Source: an uncultured Candidatus Saccharibacteria bacterium (GTDB taxonomy: Bacteria > Patescibacteriota > Minisyncoccia > UBA6257 > 1-14-0-10-40-38). Taken from it: a stretch of 62,593 nt of DNA. The position numbers were made by a program, and so were the translations under genes. Position 1 is the stretch's first letter, and every line of letters begins with the position of its first letter. Location: the NCBI GenBank assembly GCA_964543265.1, contig CAZIWN010000003.1, positions 1 through 62,593 on the forward strand, written 5' to 3'. Below the pieces are notes generated by a model. The model had not been told where the DNA came from. It searched no databases and was given only the letters and a program-made list of their open reading frames with translations. Shown here piece by piece: positions 16,683 through 23,724 of this stretch.

Positions 16683-18374
16683 TTATATTCTATTCAAAAC
16701 ATTAATTCCTAAAATTTTTAATCCGTTTTTCAAAACTGCACAAACCGTATCAATCATCATCAACCGAGCGTTTCTAAGGTTAATATCTTTATCTTCTATA
16801 ATGCGGGTTGATTCATAGAATCTGTTGGCATCGTTAGCTAATTCATATAGATAGAGAGCTAAACTATTTAAAGAATTTAAATCTGCGCATTTTTTAATTG
16901 ATTCTGGGAAAAGTAAAATTCTTTTCATAATCCTTTCTTCTTCTGGAGAATTAAGCAGAGAAGTGTCTCCTTTTTTCTTATCTTTCACTTTCATTAAGAT
17001 ATTTAAGAAACGGACATAGGTGTATTGGAGATAAGCAGAGCTGTTGCCGGAGAAATCGAGCATAGCATCCCAATTGAAGACAATATCGGAATATGGGTGC
17101 TGTTTGAGATCGTTATATTTTAAGGCACCTATACCAACTGTTTTTGCGATGACACTAATCTCTTTATCCCCTAGCGATGAATTCTTTTCTTTAACTCTCT
17201 CTTTAGCTAGATCGACAATTTTATCGGCTAATTCTTTTAGTTCGATAATTTTTCCTTCACGGGTGGCAAGTTTTTTGCCGTCTTCGCCTAAAACCATTCC
17301 AAATTTAACGTGAATTAATTCTGTGTCTTCTAGCCCTAAGAGCTTGGCAATCGCGAATAATTGTTCGAAGTGCAGGGTTTGCTGATTAGCAACGACGTAT
17401 AAAATCTTTGATGGTTTGTAGCTTTTAATACGATCTTTCAAACTGGCGATATCGCGGGTAATGTAGAGCGTGGCGCCGTCGGATTTTCTAATCAGTGCTG
17501 GCGGTAGGTTTTCTAGTTCAATAATCTGAGCCCCTTCTGATTCTTTCAGAATTCCCAAGCTTTCAATTGAATCAATAGTTTTGCCTAAAACTTTTTCGTA
17601 GGCGCTTTCTCCTCTTACCACATCAAAAGACACCCCTAAAATTTCGAGCATTTTGTCGGTATCGGCCATAGAAAGACTGCTAAACATTTCCCAAAGCTTT
17701 CTATTTTCAGGATCTCCGTTTTCTAATTTTCTAAATTCTTCTTGGCCTTTAGATTCTAATTCTGGACTAAGCTTTAATTCTTGATGAAATTTAACGTATA
17801 AATCTAGCATCGTCGCCATCGGATCTTTTTTTAACGTTTCTTTGTCGCCCCAGATTTTATAGGCAGCGATGAGTTTGCCGAATTGTGTTCCCCAGTCGCC
17901 GATAAAATTCCAACGGACAACGTTGTAGCCCAAAGTTTTATAGACATTGGCTAAGCCGTCGCCAATGATAGTGGAGCGCAAATGGCCAACGTGCATTGGT
18001 TTGGCGATATTAGTTCCGCAATATTCTACGATGACAGTTTCCCCTCTTCCGATTTTAGATCGGCCAAAAGAATCCCTGTCTTTATAAATACTCTTTAACT
18101 CTTCTTGGAGAAATTCTTTTTTGATAAAAAAATTGATGAAGCCTGGAGCGACAAGCGAAACCGAAGAAAATCTTTTCAAGATTTCTTTATCTGCCAAAAG
18201 GGTTTTAACAATCTCTTCGCCGATTTTTACTGGAGCTGTTTTATTCTTTTTAGCTAGAATAAAAGCGAGATTCATCGAATAATCCCCAAGTTTTTCATCT
18301 GGGGGGGTCAAAATATCAAAATTATCTTCTTTAAATTTGCTAGCTATTCTTTCTTTTAACCAATCTTTTAACAT
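16683..18374 (-). CDS. argS: Arginyl-tRNA synthetase
   Basis: 563 aa with class I motif PMHVGHLRS and an ArgRS-typical C-terminal anticodon-binding region. Confidence 0.9.
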   Translation of the reverse strand: MLKDWLKERIASKFKEDNFDILTPPDEKLGDYSMNLAFILAKKNKTAPVKIGEEIVKTLLADKEILKRFSSVSLVAPGFINFFIKKEFLQEELKSIYKDRDSFGRSKIGRGETVIVEYCGTNIAKPMHVGHLRSTIIGDGLANVYKTLGYNVVRWNFIGDWGTQFGKLIAAYKIWGDKETLKKDPMATMLDLYVKFHQELKLSPELESKGQEEFRKLENGDPENRKLWEMFSSLSMADTDKMLEILGVSFDVVRGESAYEKVLGKTIDSIESLGILKESEGAQIIELENLPPALIRKSDGATLYITRDIASLKDRIKSYKPSKILYVVANQQTLHFEQLFAIAKLLGLEDTELIHVKFGMVLGEDGKKLATREGKIIELKELADKIVDLAKERVKEKNSSLGDKEISVIAKTVGIGALKYNDLKQHPYSDIVFNWDAMLDFSGNSSAYLQYTYVRFLNILMKVKDKKKGDTSLLNSPEEERIMKRILLFPESIKKCADLNSLNSLALYLYELANDANRFYESTRIIEDKDINLRNARLMMIDTVCAVLKNGLKILGINVLNRI

Positions 18375-18437
18375 AAACTATATAAGAAATATTAAACTTT
18401 TAATGGATTAAACTCAAATTTCTTATATAATGAATTT

Positions 18438-18875
18438 ATGGAAGTTTTGTCAGAAAATAAGAAAGCAGGGATGGAGTATGAAATCCTTGAGAAGTTTGTG
18501 GCAGGGATTGAGCTTAAGGGTTTTGAAGTTAAGTCCGCCAGAAAGGGCAGTTTTGCTGTCTCTGGCGCGTCTTGTGTGCCCGAGGGAAGTGAAGTATTCC
18601 TGATAAATTCAGATATTCATCCGTATCAGAATAATAATTCCCCGAGTGATTATAATAGTAAGCGAGCGAGAAGATTATTGCTGAATAAAAAAGAAATTGA
18701 TTATTTGTTGGGAAATTTTAATAAAGGAATGAAAATTATTCCTCTGAAAGTTTTTTTGAAAGACAATTTGGTTAAGATTGAAATCGCGTTGGTGAAAAAT
18801 AAGAAAAAAGGAGATAAGAGAGAATATTTGAAAGAAAAGGATACGAGGAGGGAAATTAAGAGAGTGGTTGGGTAA
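18438..18875 (+). CDS. smpB: SsrA-binding protein SmpB
   Basis: 145 aa, GIELKGFEVKS and RKLLLNKKEI-type motifs; tmRNA gene nearby. Confidence 0.85.
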   Translation: MEVLSENKKAGMEYEILEKFVAGIELKGFEVKSARKGSFAVSGASCVPEGSEVFLINSDIHPYQNNNSPSDYNSKRARRLLLNKKEIDYLLGNFNKGMKIIPLKVFLKDNLVKIEIALVKNKKKGDKREYLKEKDTRREIKRVVG

Positions 18876-18892
18876 GAATAGAAAAATGAAGA

Positions 18893-19714
18893 TTAGCTAC
18901 AAGAAAATTTTGCTTGAGGAAAATTTTTAAGCCTGACTTCGTATCTAACTGGAACATATTTGTTTCTCATGTTTTCTGGTATAAAAACTATAACCATTTC
19001 GTTTTTAATTTTTAAACTTAACAAAAAGACCATAATTTCTTCACATAAATTAATGAGATTTTCCCAACAAATTTCTAGGATTTCTTTAATTCCCTGCCCT
19101 TTATGCGTTGGAAAGATTGTTTTTAATTTATCTCCTTCTAAGATATATTTTAATTCTGATAGTTTAAATCCTTCGTGTTCAATTTCTGCACGAGTTTTAT
19201 TAAAAATAATAAACCAATTTTTTTGATGATCTTTTATCATGCTTGATAAGGCAATAAATCTTTTATCATCGCCTTTTAGGGTAAATCTTTTTAATCCTTT
19301 TTCATATTTTTTAGCATCATCGTCAAACAAAAAACCGATATTTGATCCCATAAATCTAGAATGACGTATTAAGCAATTAATTGCTATCTTTCCACGAATA
19401 AAAAAGTCTTTAAAATGCATATTAATATTGTCATCAATTGGATTTTTTATATCTATCTGACTTCCATTACGGATTCCGTCCTTGCCCTCATCGATATCTT
19501 TCAAGTGGTTAGATATTAAATTTTCCAAACTTTCTTTTGCGTATTTGGTTTCTAATAGATTTTGGAAAATCGCTTCATAACTTTTATCATATGCTAGTCT
19601 TTCATTCCTCGGATAAGCACAATCTCTTATTTGGCACATTTGCATAATAAATCTATTAAAAAAGCCCTCCTTGTCATTCATTGTATAAGAATGCCTTAAA
19701 ATACTTAGTTCCAT
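18893..19714 (-). CDS. Hypothetical protein (orphan, between smpB and ssrA)
   Basis: 273-aa AT-rich ORF. I recognise no motif. Confidence 0.5.
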   Translation of the reverse strand: MELSILRHSYTMNDKEGFFNRFIMQMCQIRDCAYPRNERLAYDKSYEAIFQNLLETKYAKESLENLISNHLKDIDEGKDGIRNGSQIDIKNPIDDNINMHFKDFFIRGKIAINCLIRHSRFMGSNIGFLFDDDAKKYEKGLKRFTLKGDDKRFIALSSMIKDHQKNWFIIFNKTRAEIEHEGFKLSELKYILEGDKLKTIFPTHKGQGIKEILEICWENLINLCEEIMVFLLSLKIKNEMVIVFIPENMRNKYVPVRYEVRLKNFPQAKFSCS

Positions 19715-19791
19715 ATTATGATTATATGATACTTATTCACGTAAATATACAAATAAACCACCTAGAAATTGGAGTGGTTTATTTGTATTTG

Positions 19792-20139
19792 TGGAAATGG
19801 CGGGAGTTGAACCCGCGTGCAAAAGTTAAATTATTTCCGCGTCTACAAGCTTAGTAGTTGGCTTCTTGCGAAGCTAAAACGATATAGAAAATTTTAATTT
19901 TTAATCCCGATTCGAAAATTTTCTGGAAAATTCGTCGGGACGATCTCTATATATAACACCGGAGAATCCCCTATGGAGAATCGAGGTCCGATGACACCAG
20001 GTTAAGCTAAAGCGAAAGCTGGCATTCTGCTAACTGAATTGTTGGCAGTAATTGTTTGCCTGAATTGATTTGCGAGTACTCTGGCGAAACTCGGCTTGCA
20101 ACGGAAATTATCTAATTTAAGCCAAAGCCTGTCATTCCC
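19792..20139 (-). ncRNA. ssrA: tmRNA (SsrA)
   Basis: 5' GGGAATG pairs with 3' CATTTCC-A, including the G3:U70 wobble. T-arm GCGGG-TTCAACT-CCCGC. Internal tag frame reads ...GCC AAC AAT TCA GTT AGC AGA ATG CCA GCT TTC GCT TTA GCT TAA (ANNSVSRMPAFALA*). Adjacent to smpB. Confidence 0.85.
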
Positions 20140-20147
20140 GTAGCTGT

Positions 20148-20176
20148 ATTATATCAGAATCGAGTTTATTTGACAA
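20148..20176 (-). promoter_or_regulatory. ssrA promoter
   Basis: On the minus strand: TTGTCA, 17 nt, TATAAT, then 8 nt to the mature 5' G. Confidence 0.6.
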
Positions 20177-20198
20177 GAGCTGGAAAAACCTTTAAAAT
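20170..20198 (+). promoter_or_regulatory. Consensus sigma-70 promoter of GC-rich cassette 2
   Basis: TTGACA, 17-nt spacer, TAAAAT. SD AAGGAG lies 11 nt before the ATG at 20245. The -35 overlaps the ssrA -35 on the other strand. Confidence 0.6.
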
Positions 20199-20244
20199 AG
20201 TCTCTAGTACCTAGTTTCTTGGGAATTAAGGAGATCTTTCCCAG

Positions 20245-20457
20245 ATGGATTGCCAGACTTTCAGGGCGTTGGCGAGCAGGGATCCGGGTAAGGGTGGTCT
20301 CGAGCCCGACACGGCGGCGAAGTTCGCCAGGCATGCGGTGAAGTGCGGTGAATGCTCCATTTTTCTGGTCACGAGGACGAAGATGGGCGAACAGGGCAAT
20401 GCGCGCCTAGTTGCCGATCTGGTGGAGAAAGAAAAGGAGGATATCGCGAGAAACTGA
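20245..20457 (+). CDS. GC-rich mini-protein with ZAS-like motif (HxxxCxxC), paralog 1
   Basis: 70 aa: MDCQTFRAL...HAVKCGEC. SD AAGGAG upstream. Confidence 0.6.
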   Translation: MDCQTFRALASRDPGKGGLEPDTAAKFARHAVKCGECSIFLVTRTKMGEQGNARLVADLVEKEKEDIARN

Positions 20458-20487
20458 AACGGAGCAAAAATCAGGAGGAGTGATTCG

Positions 20488-20730
20488 ATGCTCAAGAAGA
20501 GGAGGAGGATGACCTGTCAGGAATTCCGAGAGGCGTTTTCAAAAGAAGGGAGCGAAGCGGGACACGAAGACGGATTCGAGGCGAGAATGGCAGAGCAACT
20601 CGCACACGTCAGAAGATGCAAGAAGGGATGTTTCGAATTCATGAACAGAAACTCCCCTACCAAGCCCAAGAGGGCGAAGCATGGAAGCGGGAGTTGGTGG
20701 TTCATCAACCCACAATTGGCCTTTACGTGA
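20488..20730 (+). CDS. GC-rich mini-protein with ZAS-like motif, paralog 2
   Basis: 80 aa: ...MTCQEFREAF...HVRRCKKGC. SD AGGAGG upstream. The terminator's 5' arm lies inside its 3' end. Confidence 0.6.
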   Translation: MLKKRRRMTCQEFREAFSKEGSEAGHEDGFEARMAEQLAHVRRCKKGCFEFMNRNSPTKPKRAKHGSGSWWFINPQLAFT

Positions 20731-20755
20731 GGCCAAGTGTGGGTTGTTTTTTTAT
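20706..20755 (+). terminator. Intrinsic terminator after paralog 2
   Basis: 16-bp stem CAACCCACAATTGGCC / GGCCAAGTGTGGGTTG (one mismatch) followed by TTTTTTTATTTT. Confidence 0.75.
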
Positions 20756-20842
20756 TTTAATTTGCTTTTTTAATATTTCGAAAACATAATTATTTAGTCT
20801 CCCGGTTTCGAAAGACCTGCTGGATTCATGGAGGGGCGAACC

Positions 20843-20986
20843 ATGATGACCTGCGAAGCTTTCAAAATCCTTTCAAGGAGAAAAGATCTCGGAAGAACAG
20901 CGTCGCTTCACACCCTCCAAGAGATGGTGAAGCACGCCATAAAGTGCAAGGGATGCACCAGAAGGGACTTGAAACAGAAGAAATGA
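20843..20986 (+). CDS. GC-rich mini-protein with ZAS-like motif, paralog 3 (below the ORF-track cut-off)
   Basis: 47 aa: MMTCEAFKIL...HAIKCKGC. SD GGAGGGG lies 5 nt upstream. An alternative in-frame ATG at 20828 gives 52 aa. Confidence 0.55.
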   Translation: MMTCEAFKILSRRKDLGRTASLHTLQEMVKHAIKCKGCTRRDLKQKK

Positions 20987-21001
20987 TGAATGAACAGCTC
21001 T

Positions 21002-21044
21002 AGACCTCGATCCTGCCAAAGGCGTTTCGAGGTCTTATATTTTA
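21002..21044 (+). terminator. Intrinsic terminator after paralog 3
   Basis: AGACCTCGA / TCGAGGTCT stem, 16-nt loop, then TATATTTTA. Confidence 0.6.
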
Positions 21045-21096
21045 CAAAATCAATATAACTTACTACAATAACAATAATAGATTCCTTAAATAATAG

Positions 21097-21633
21097 ATGT
21101 TTAATAAATATAACAACCGACCACAACCTAGAGAGACTCATAAAATAAACGAGAGAATAACAGCTTTAGAGCTTAGAGTTATTGGCGCTGAAGGAGAAAA
21201 TCTTGGAGTTATTTCGAAAGAAGAGGCCTTAAAAATAGCCAGAGAAAAGGGATTGGATTTAATAGAAATCTCCCCCAACGCCCAACCGCCAGTGGCGAAA
21301 ATAATGAGCTTTGATAAGTTTAGATACGAAGAGGAGAAGAAAGCGAAGAAAGCGAAGATTACTCAAAAAGGAAACGAGATGAAACAGATCCAAATCAGCG
21401 TCAAAGCCGCAAAAAATGATTTGGAAATAAAAGTGAGACAATTAGAGAAATTTATGGAAGCGGGACATCCGATTTCTATAGTTTTAACTTTAAAAGGAAG
21501 AGAAAAAGCTAATAAGGACTGGGCGAAGATGAAGATGGAAGAGTTTCTTAATATGATTGGGATGGAATTCAGAATAGTGTCGGCACCTAAGTTCGGAGGA
21601 TACGGCATAAACGCAATTATTTCAAAGAAATAA
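21097..21633 (+). CDS. infC: Translation initiation factor IF-3
   Basis: INERITALELRVIGAEGENLGV... and a typical IF-3 C-domain. Followed by rpmI-rplT. Confidence 0.9.
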   Translation: MFNKYNNRPQPRETHKINERITALELRVIGAEGENLGVISKEEALKIAREKGLDLIEISPNAQPPVAKIMSFDKFRYEEEKKAKKAKITQKGNEMKQIQISVKAAKNDLEIKVRQLEKFMEAGHPISIVLTLKGREKANKDWAKMKMEEFLNMIGMEFRIVSAPKFGGYGINAIISKK

Positions 21634-21644
21634 CCTTGGTTGTT

Positions 21645-21753
21645 AGTATTAATCTTTTTAGCGACCACTTCGTTATTCTTCCTCGAAGTATTCGCATGGC
21701 TCTTACATACATCTTCGTCAGAATGCCTCGTGTTCACTAAAAAGATTAATACT
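21645..21753 (+). repeat. Structured ~100-nt intergenic repeat, copy 3 of 5
   Basis: 17-bp perfect closing stem AGTATTAATCTTTTTAG / CTAAAAAGATTAATACT. Core TTCTTCCTCGAAGTATTCGCATGGCTCTTACATACATCTTCGTCAG. Confidence 0.65.
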
Positions 21754-21866
21754 TTAGACGCTAGCTAACCTCGTTTTCTATTGAAAAATAAAAGCTCTTT
21801 ACAAGACAAATGTTTTAGATTACACTATTATTTACTATAAATTTGGCTCGTTAAGCCATCAAAATA

Positions 21867-22040
21867 ATGAAACACGCTTTCAGAGATAGGATAAAAATAA
21901 CGGGAACAGGAAGGTTAATGAGAAGACCTATGAGACAGGGTCATTTTAAAGCCAAGAAAACCACAAAACAGAAAAGAAATTTGAAAGGTACGATGGAAGT
22001 TAATAAGGCTGACAGAGATTATATTAGACAGAATTTTTAA
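21867..22040 (+). CDS. rpmI: 50S ribosomal protein L35 (below the ORF-track cut-off)
   Basis: Hand translation gives MKHAFRDRIKITGTGRLMRRPMRQGHFKAKKTTKQKRNLKG... (57 aa), between infC and rplT. Confidence 0.85.
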   Translation: MKHAFRDRIKITGTGRLMRRPMRQGHFKAKKTTKQKRNLKGTMEVNKADRDYIRQNF

Positions 22041-22046
22041 AAAACC

Positions 22047-22391
22047 ATGACAAGAGTAAAGAGAGGTAAAACAGCTACTAAAAAACGCGTAAAACTCCTT
22101 AAATATACTAAGGGTTTTAGATGGAGCAGAAAATCTAAAGAAAGAGCTGCAAAAGAAGCATTATTGCATGCTTGGACTCACGCTTTCCAAGGTAGAAAGG
22201 AAGAAAAGAGAAATATGAGATCTCTTTGGCAAGCTAAGATTAATGCCGCAACCAGACTCAATGGAATGACTTATGGAAATTTCATTTTTGGAACCAAGAA
22301 ACACAAAATTGAATTAGACAGAAAAGTTTTGGCAGACATTGCAGAGAATCATCCAGAAGCTTTCAAGAAAATCGTAGAATCTGTTAAATAA
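22047..22391 (+). CDS. rplT: 50S ribosomal protein L20
   Basis: MTRVKRGKTATKKRVKLLKYTKGFRWSRK... is classic L20. Confidence 0.9.
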   Translation: MTRVKRGKTATKKRVKLLKYTKGFRWSRKSKERAAKEALLHAWTHAFQGRKEEKRNMRSLWQAKINAATRLNGMTYGNFIFGTKKHKIELDRKVLADIAENHPEAFKKIVESVK

Positions 22392-22394
22392 AAT

Positions 22395-22421
22395 AAAAAA
22401 CCGCCACAATGGCGGTTTTTT
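22395..22421. terminator. Bidirectional terminator
   Basis: AAAAAACCGCC-ACAAT-GGCGGTTTTTT between convergent rplT and the MGMT-like gene. Confidence 0.75.
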
Positions 22422-22731
22422 ATTTTTCAACTCTATCCCCTACAATTTTTACCCCTTCAGACAAAAGCAATTTCTTTTTTAAAGCTATACCGCGATTGTA
22501 GCCGCCAAGTTTATGACTGGAAAGTATCACTCGGTGGCACGGGATTTGCTGGTAGTTCTGGTTTTGGCTCATTATTTTGCCCACTAGGCGCCATCCCCGG
22601 GTTAGGCCTGCGATAGTGGCCACCTCTTTGTATGTTAAAACCTCTCCTTTGGGGATGCCTTGGACCACTCCTATAATGCGGCCTATGATGTCTTGGTTGT
22701 TGTTGCTGCCCCACGTTTTCTTGTTTTTCAT
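22420..22731 (-). CDS. Methylated-DNA-protein-cysteine methyltransferase-like protein (single DNA-binding/active-site domain)
   Basis: 103 aa with IPKGEVLTYKEVA and the active-site IPCHRV. Confidence 0.75.
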   Translation of the reverse strand: MKNKKTWGSNNNQDIIGRIIGVVQGIPKGEVLTYKEVATIAGLTRGWRLVGKIMSQNQNYQQIPCHRVILSSHKLGGYNRGIALKKKLLLSEGVKIVGDRVEK

Positions 22732-23173
22732 TTTGAGCTTGAAGCTGAGCCGGTTTTTTAATATAGGCGTAGGCTTTTTCTAAAATCTTAATTGAGTATT
22801 TATATTTAGCCAAAATACGCTTGGCTTCTGATAATGTAAACCAACCATATCCTTCATGGTATTCTTTCAGAATTATTGTAGATTGAGTAGTTTCGGCAAG
22901 ATAGAGTATGACAATTTTGAAAATATCGTCTGGACCTTCCTTATAGACGAATTTTTCGTAAGTTTTGAAATTGCCAAGGAGTTTAAGTTCGGAGCTTTTT
23001 AGCCCAGTTTCTTCTCTAACTTCTCTGAAGGCTGTCTGCCAACTTCTTTCATCGCCTTCTATTTTTCCCTTTGGAAAATTCCAGTAGTTCCTGCCGTGAT
23101 ACAAAATCAAGAATTTGATTCCCTCTTCGGTCTGCCTGAAGATAACAATCCCGGCAGATATCACTTTTTTCAT
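22511..23173 (-). CDS. Nudix hydrolase with a long R/P/Q-rich C-terminal tail
   Basis: Nudix box GKIEGDERSWQTAFREVREETG. The last ~73 codons overlap the MGMT-like gene out of frame (22511-22731). Confidence 0.7.
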   Translation of the reverse strand: MKKVISAGIVIFRQTEEGIKFLILYHGRNYWNFPKGKIEGDERSWQTAFREVREETGLKSSELKLLGNFKTYEKFVYKEGPDDIFKIVILYLAETTQSTIILKEYHEGYGWFTLSEAKRILAKYKYSIKILEKAYAYIKKPAQLQAQNEKQENVGQQQQPRHHRPHYRSGPRHPQRRGFNIQRGGHYRRPNPGMAPSGQNNEPKPELPANPVPPSDTFQS

Positions 23174-23203
23174 ATGTTTTTTAATTAATAAATGACAATC
23201 TGC

Positions 23204-23280
23204 TGCGTTGCAACCTGCGAGACTCCTTCGGAGTAGTTATATTACTATACCTCAGTCGTTTCTCGGTCGCGCCTTGCATC
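23204..23280 (+). repeat. Structured intergenic repeat, divergent copy 4 of 5
   Basis: TGCGTTGC...GACTCCTTCGGAGTAG...TTACTATACCTCAGTCG...GGTCGCGCCTTGCATC shares the blocks GCGTTGC, CTCCTT(C)GGAGTA, TAC(T)ATAC and GTCGCGCCTT with copy 2. Confidence 0.4.
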
Positions 23281-23364
23281 TTATCCTTTCTTAATTAAAA
23301 CGCTTAATTAATATGCTTTAATAATAACAGATATTTATCATTTTAGGAAGCCCTCACATTTTTT

Positions 23365-23399
23365 ATAAAAAAAGAAGACCGCCAGCGAAGGAGGTCTTC
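23365..23399 (-). terminator. Intrinsic terminator of GC-rich cassette 3
   Basis: On the minus strand: GAAGACC-12 nt-GGTCTTC followed by TTTTTTTAT. Confidence 0.65.
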
Positions 23400-23418
23400 C
23401 TTCTGCGGCGGTCGGCGA

Positions 23419-23637
23419 TTACGAGTAGATGATCTGCTCTCCTCTGGGTCCGACTGTGAACACCTCCGCAACGAAGCCTGGCCCAGAACCTTGGCAGGAA
23501 ATCCGCGAGGAACCTACGTCGAATCCAGCTCTGGACATCGAGCTCCTGAGATCGCTCTCGGAACCCGAACCTTCCACGATTTCCCGCAGAAGAAGTCTTG
23601 CCTCTTCTGCGGTCAGGTCGCGAAATGCCTTGGGCAT
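23419..23637 (-). CDS. GC-rich 72-aa protein of unknown function
   Basis: MPKAFRDLTAEEARLLLREIVEGSGS.... Strong G-at-codon-position-1 bias in this frame, with its own promoter, SD-like AAAGGA and terminator. Confidence 0.55.
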   Translation of the reverse strand: MPKAFRDLTAEEARLLLREIVEGSGSESDLRSSMSRAGFDVGSSRISCQGSGPGFVAEVFTVGPRGEQIIYS

Positions 23638-23684
23638 AACTTATCCTTTTTTTGCCTAGGATTCAATCCTCGTCAATCTTTACT

Positions 23685-23713
23685 ATTGTATCAGATAGTA
23701 TAAATATTGTCAA
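23685..23713 (-). promoter_or_regulatory. Near-consensus sigma-70 promoter of GC-rich cassette 3
   Basis: On the minus strand: TTGACA, 17-nt spacer, TACAAT. Confidence 0.55.
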
Positions 23714-23724
23714 TAGTACTTATT

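Noticed and set aside
20149-20736. Antisense or alternate-frame ORFs in the ssrA islet: 20149-20334, 20226-20495, 20517-20708 and 20539-20736.
   Set aside because: They are GC-driven shadow frames. One overlaps the promoter region. The sense frames have SDs, paralogy and conserved Cys/His spacing.
23429-23703. Plus-strand ORFs 23429-23659 and 23491-23703 opposite cassette 3.
   Set aside because: There is no promoter or SD, and the composition is P/S/R-rich. The minus frame has G1 periodicity plus a matching promoter and terminator.
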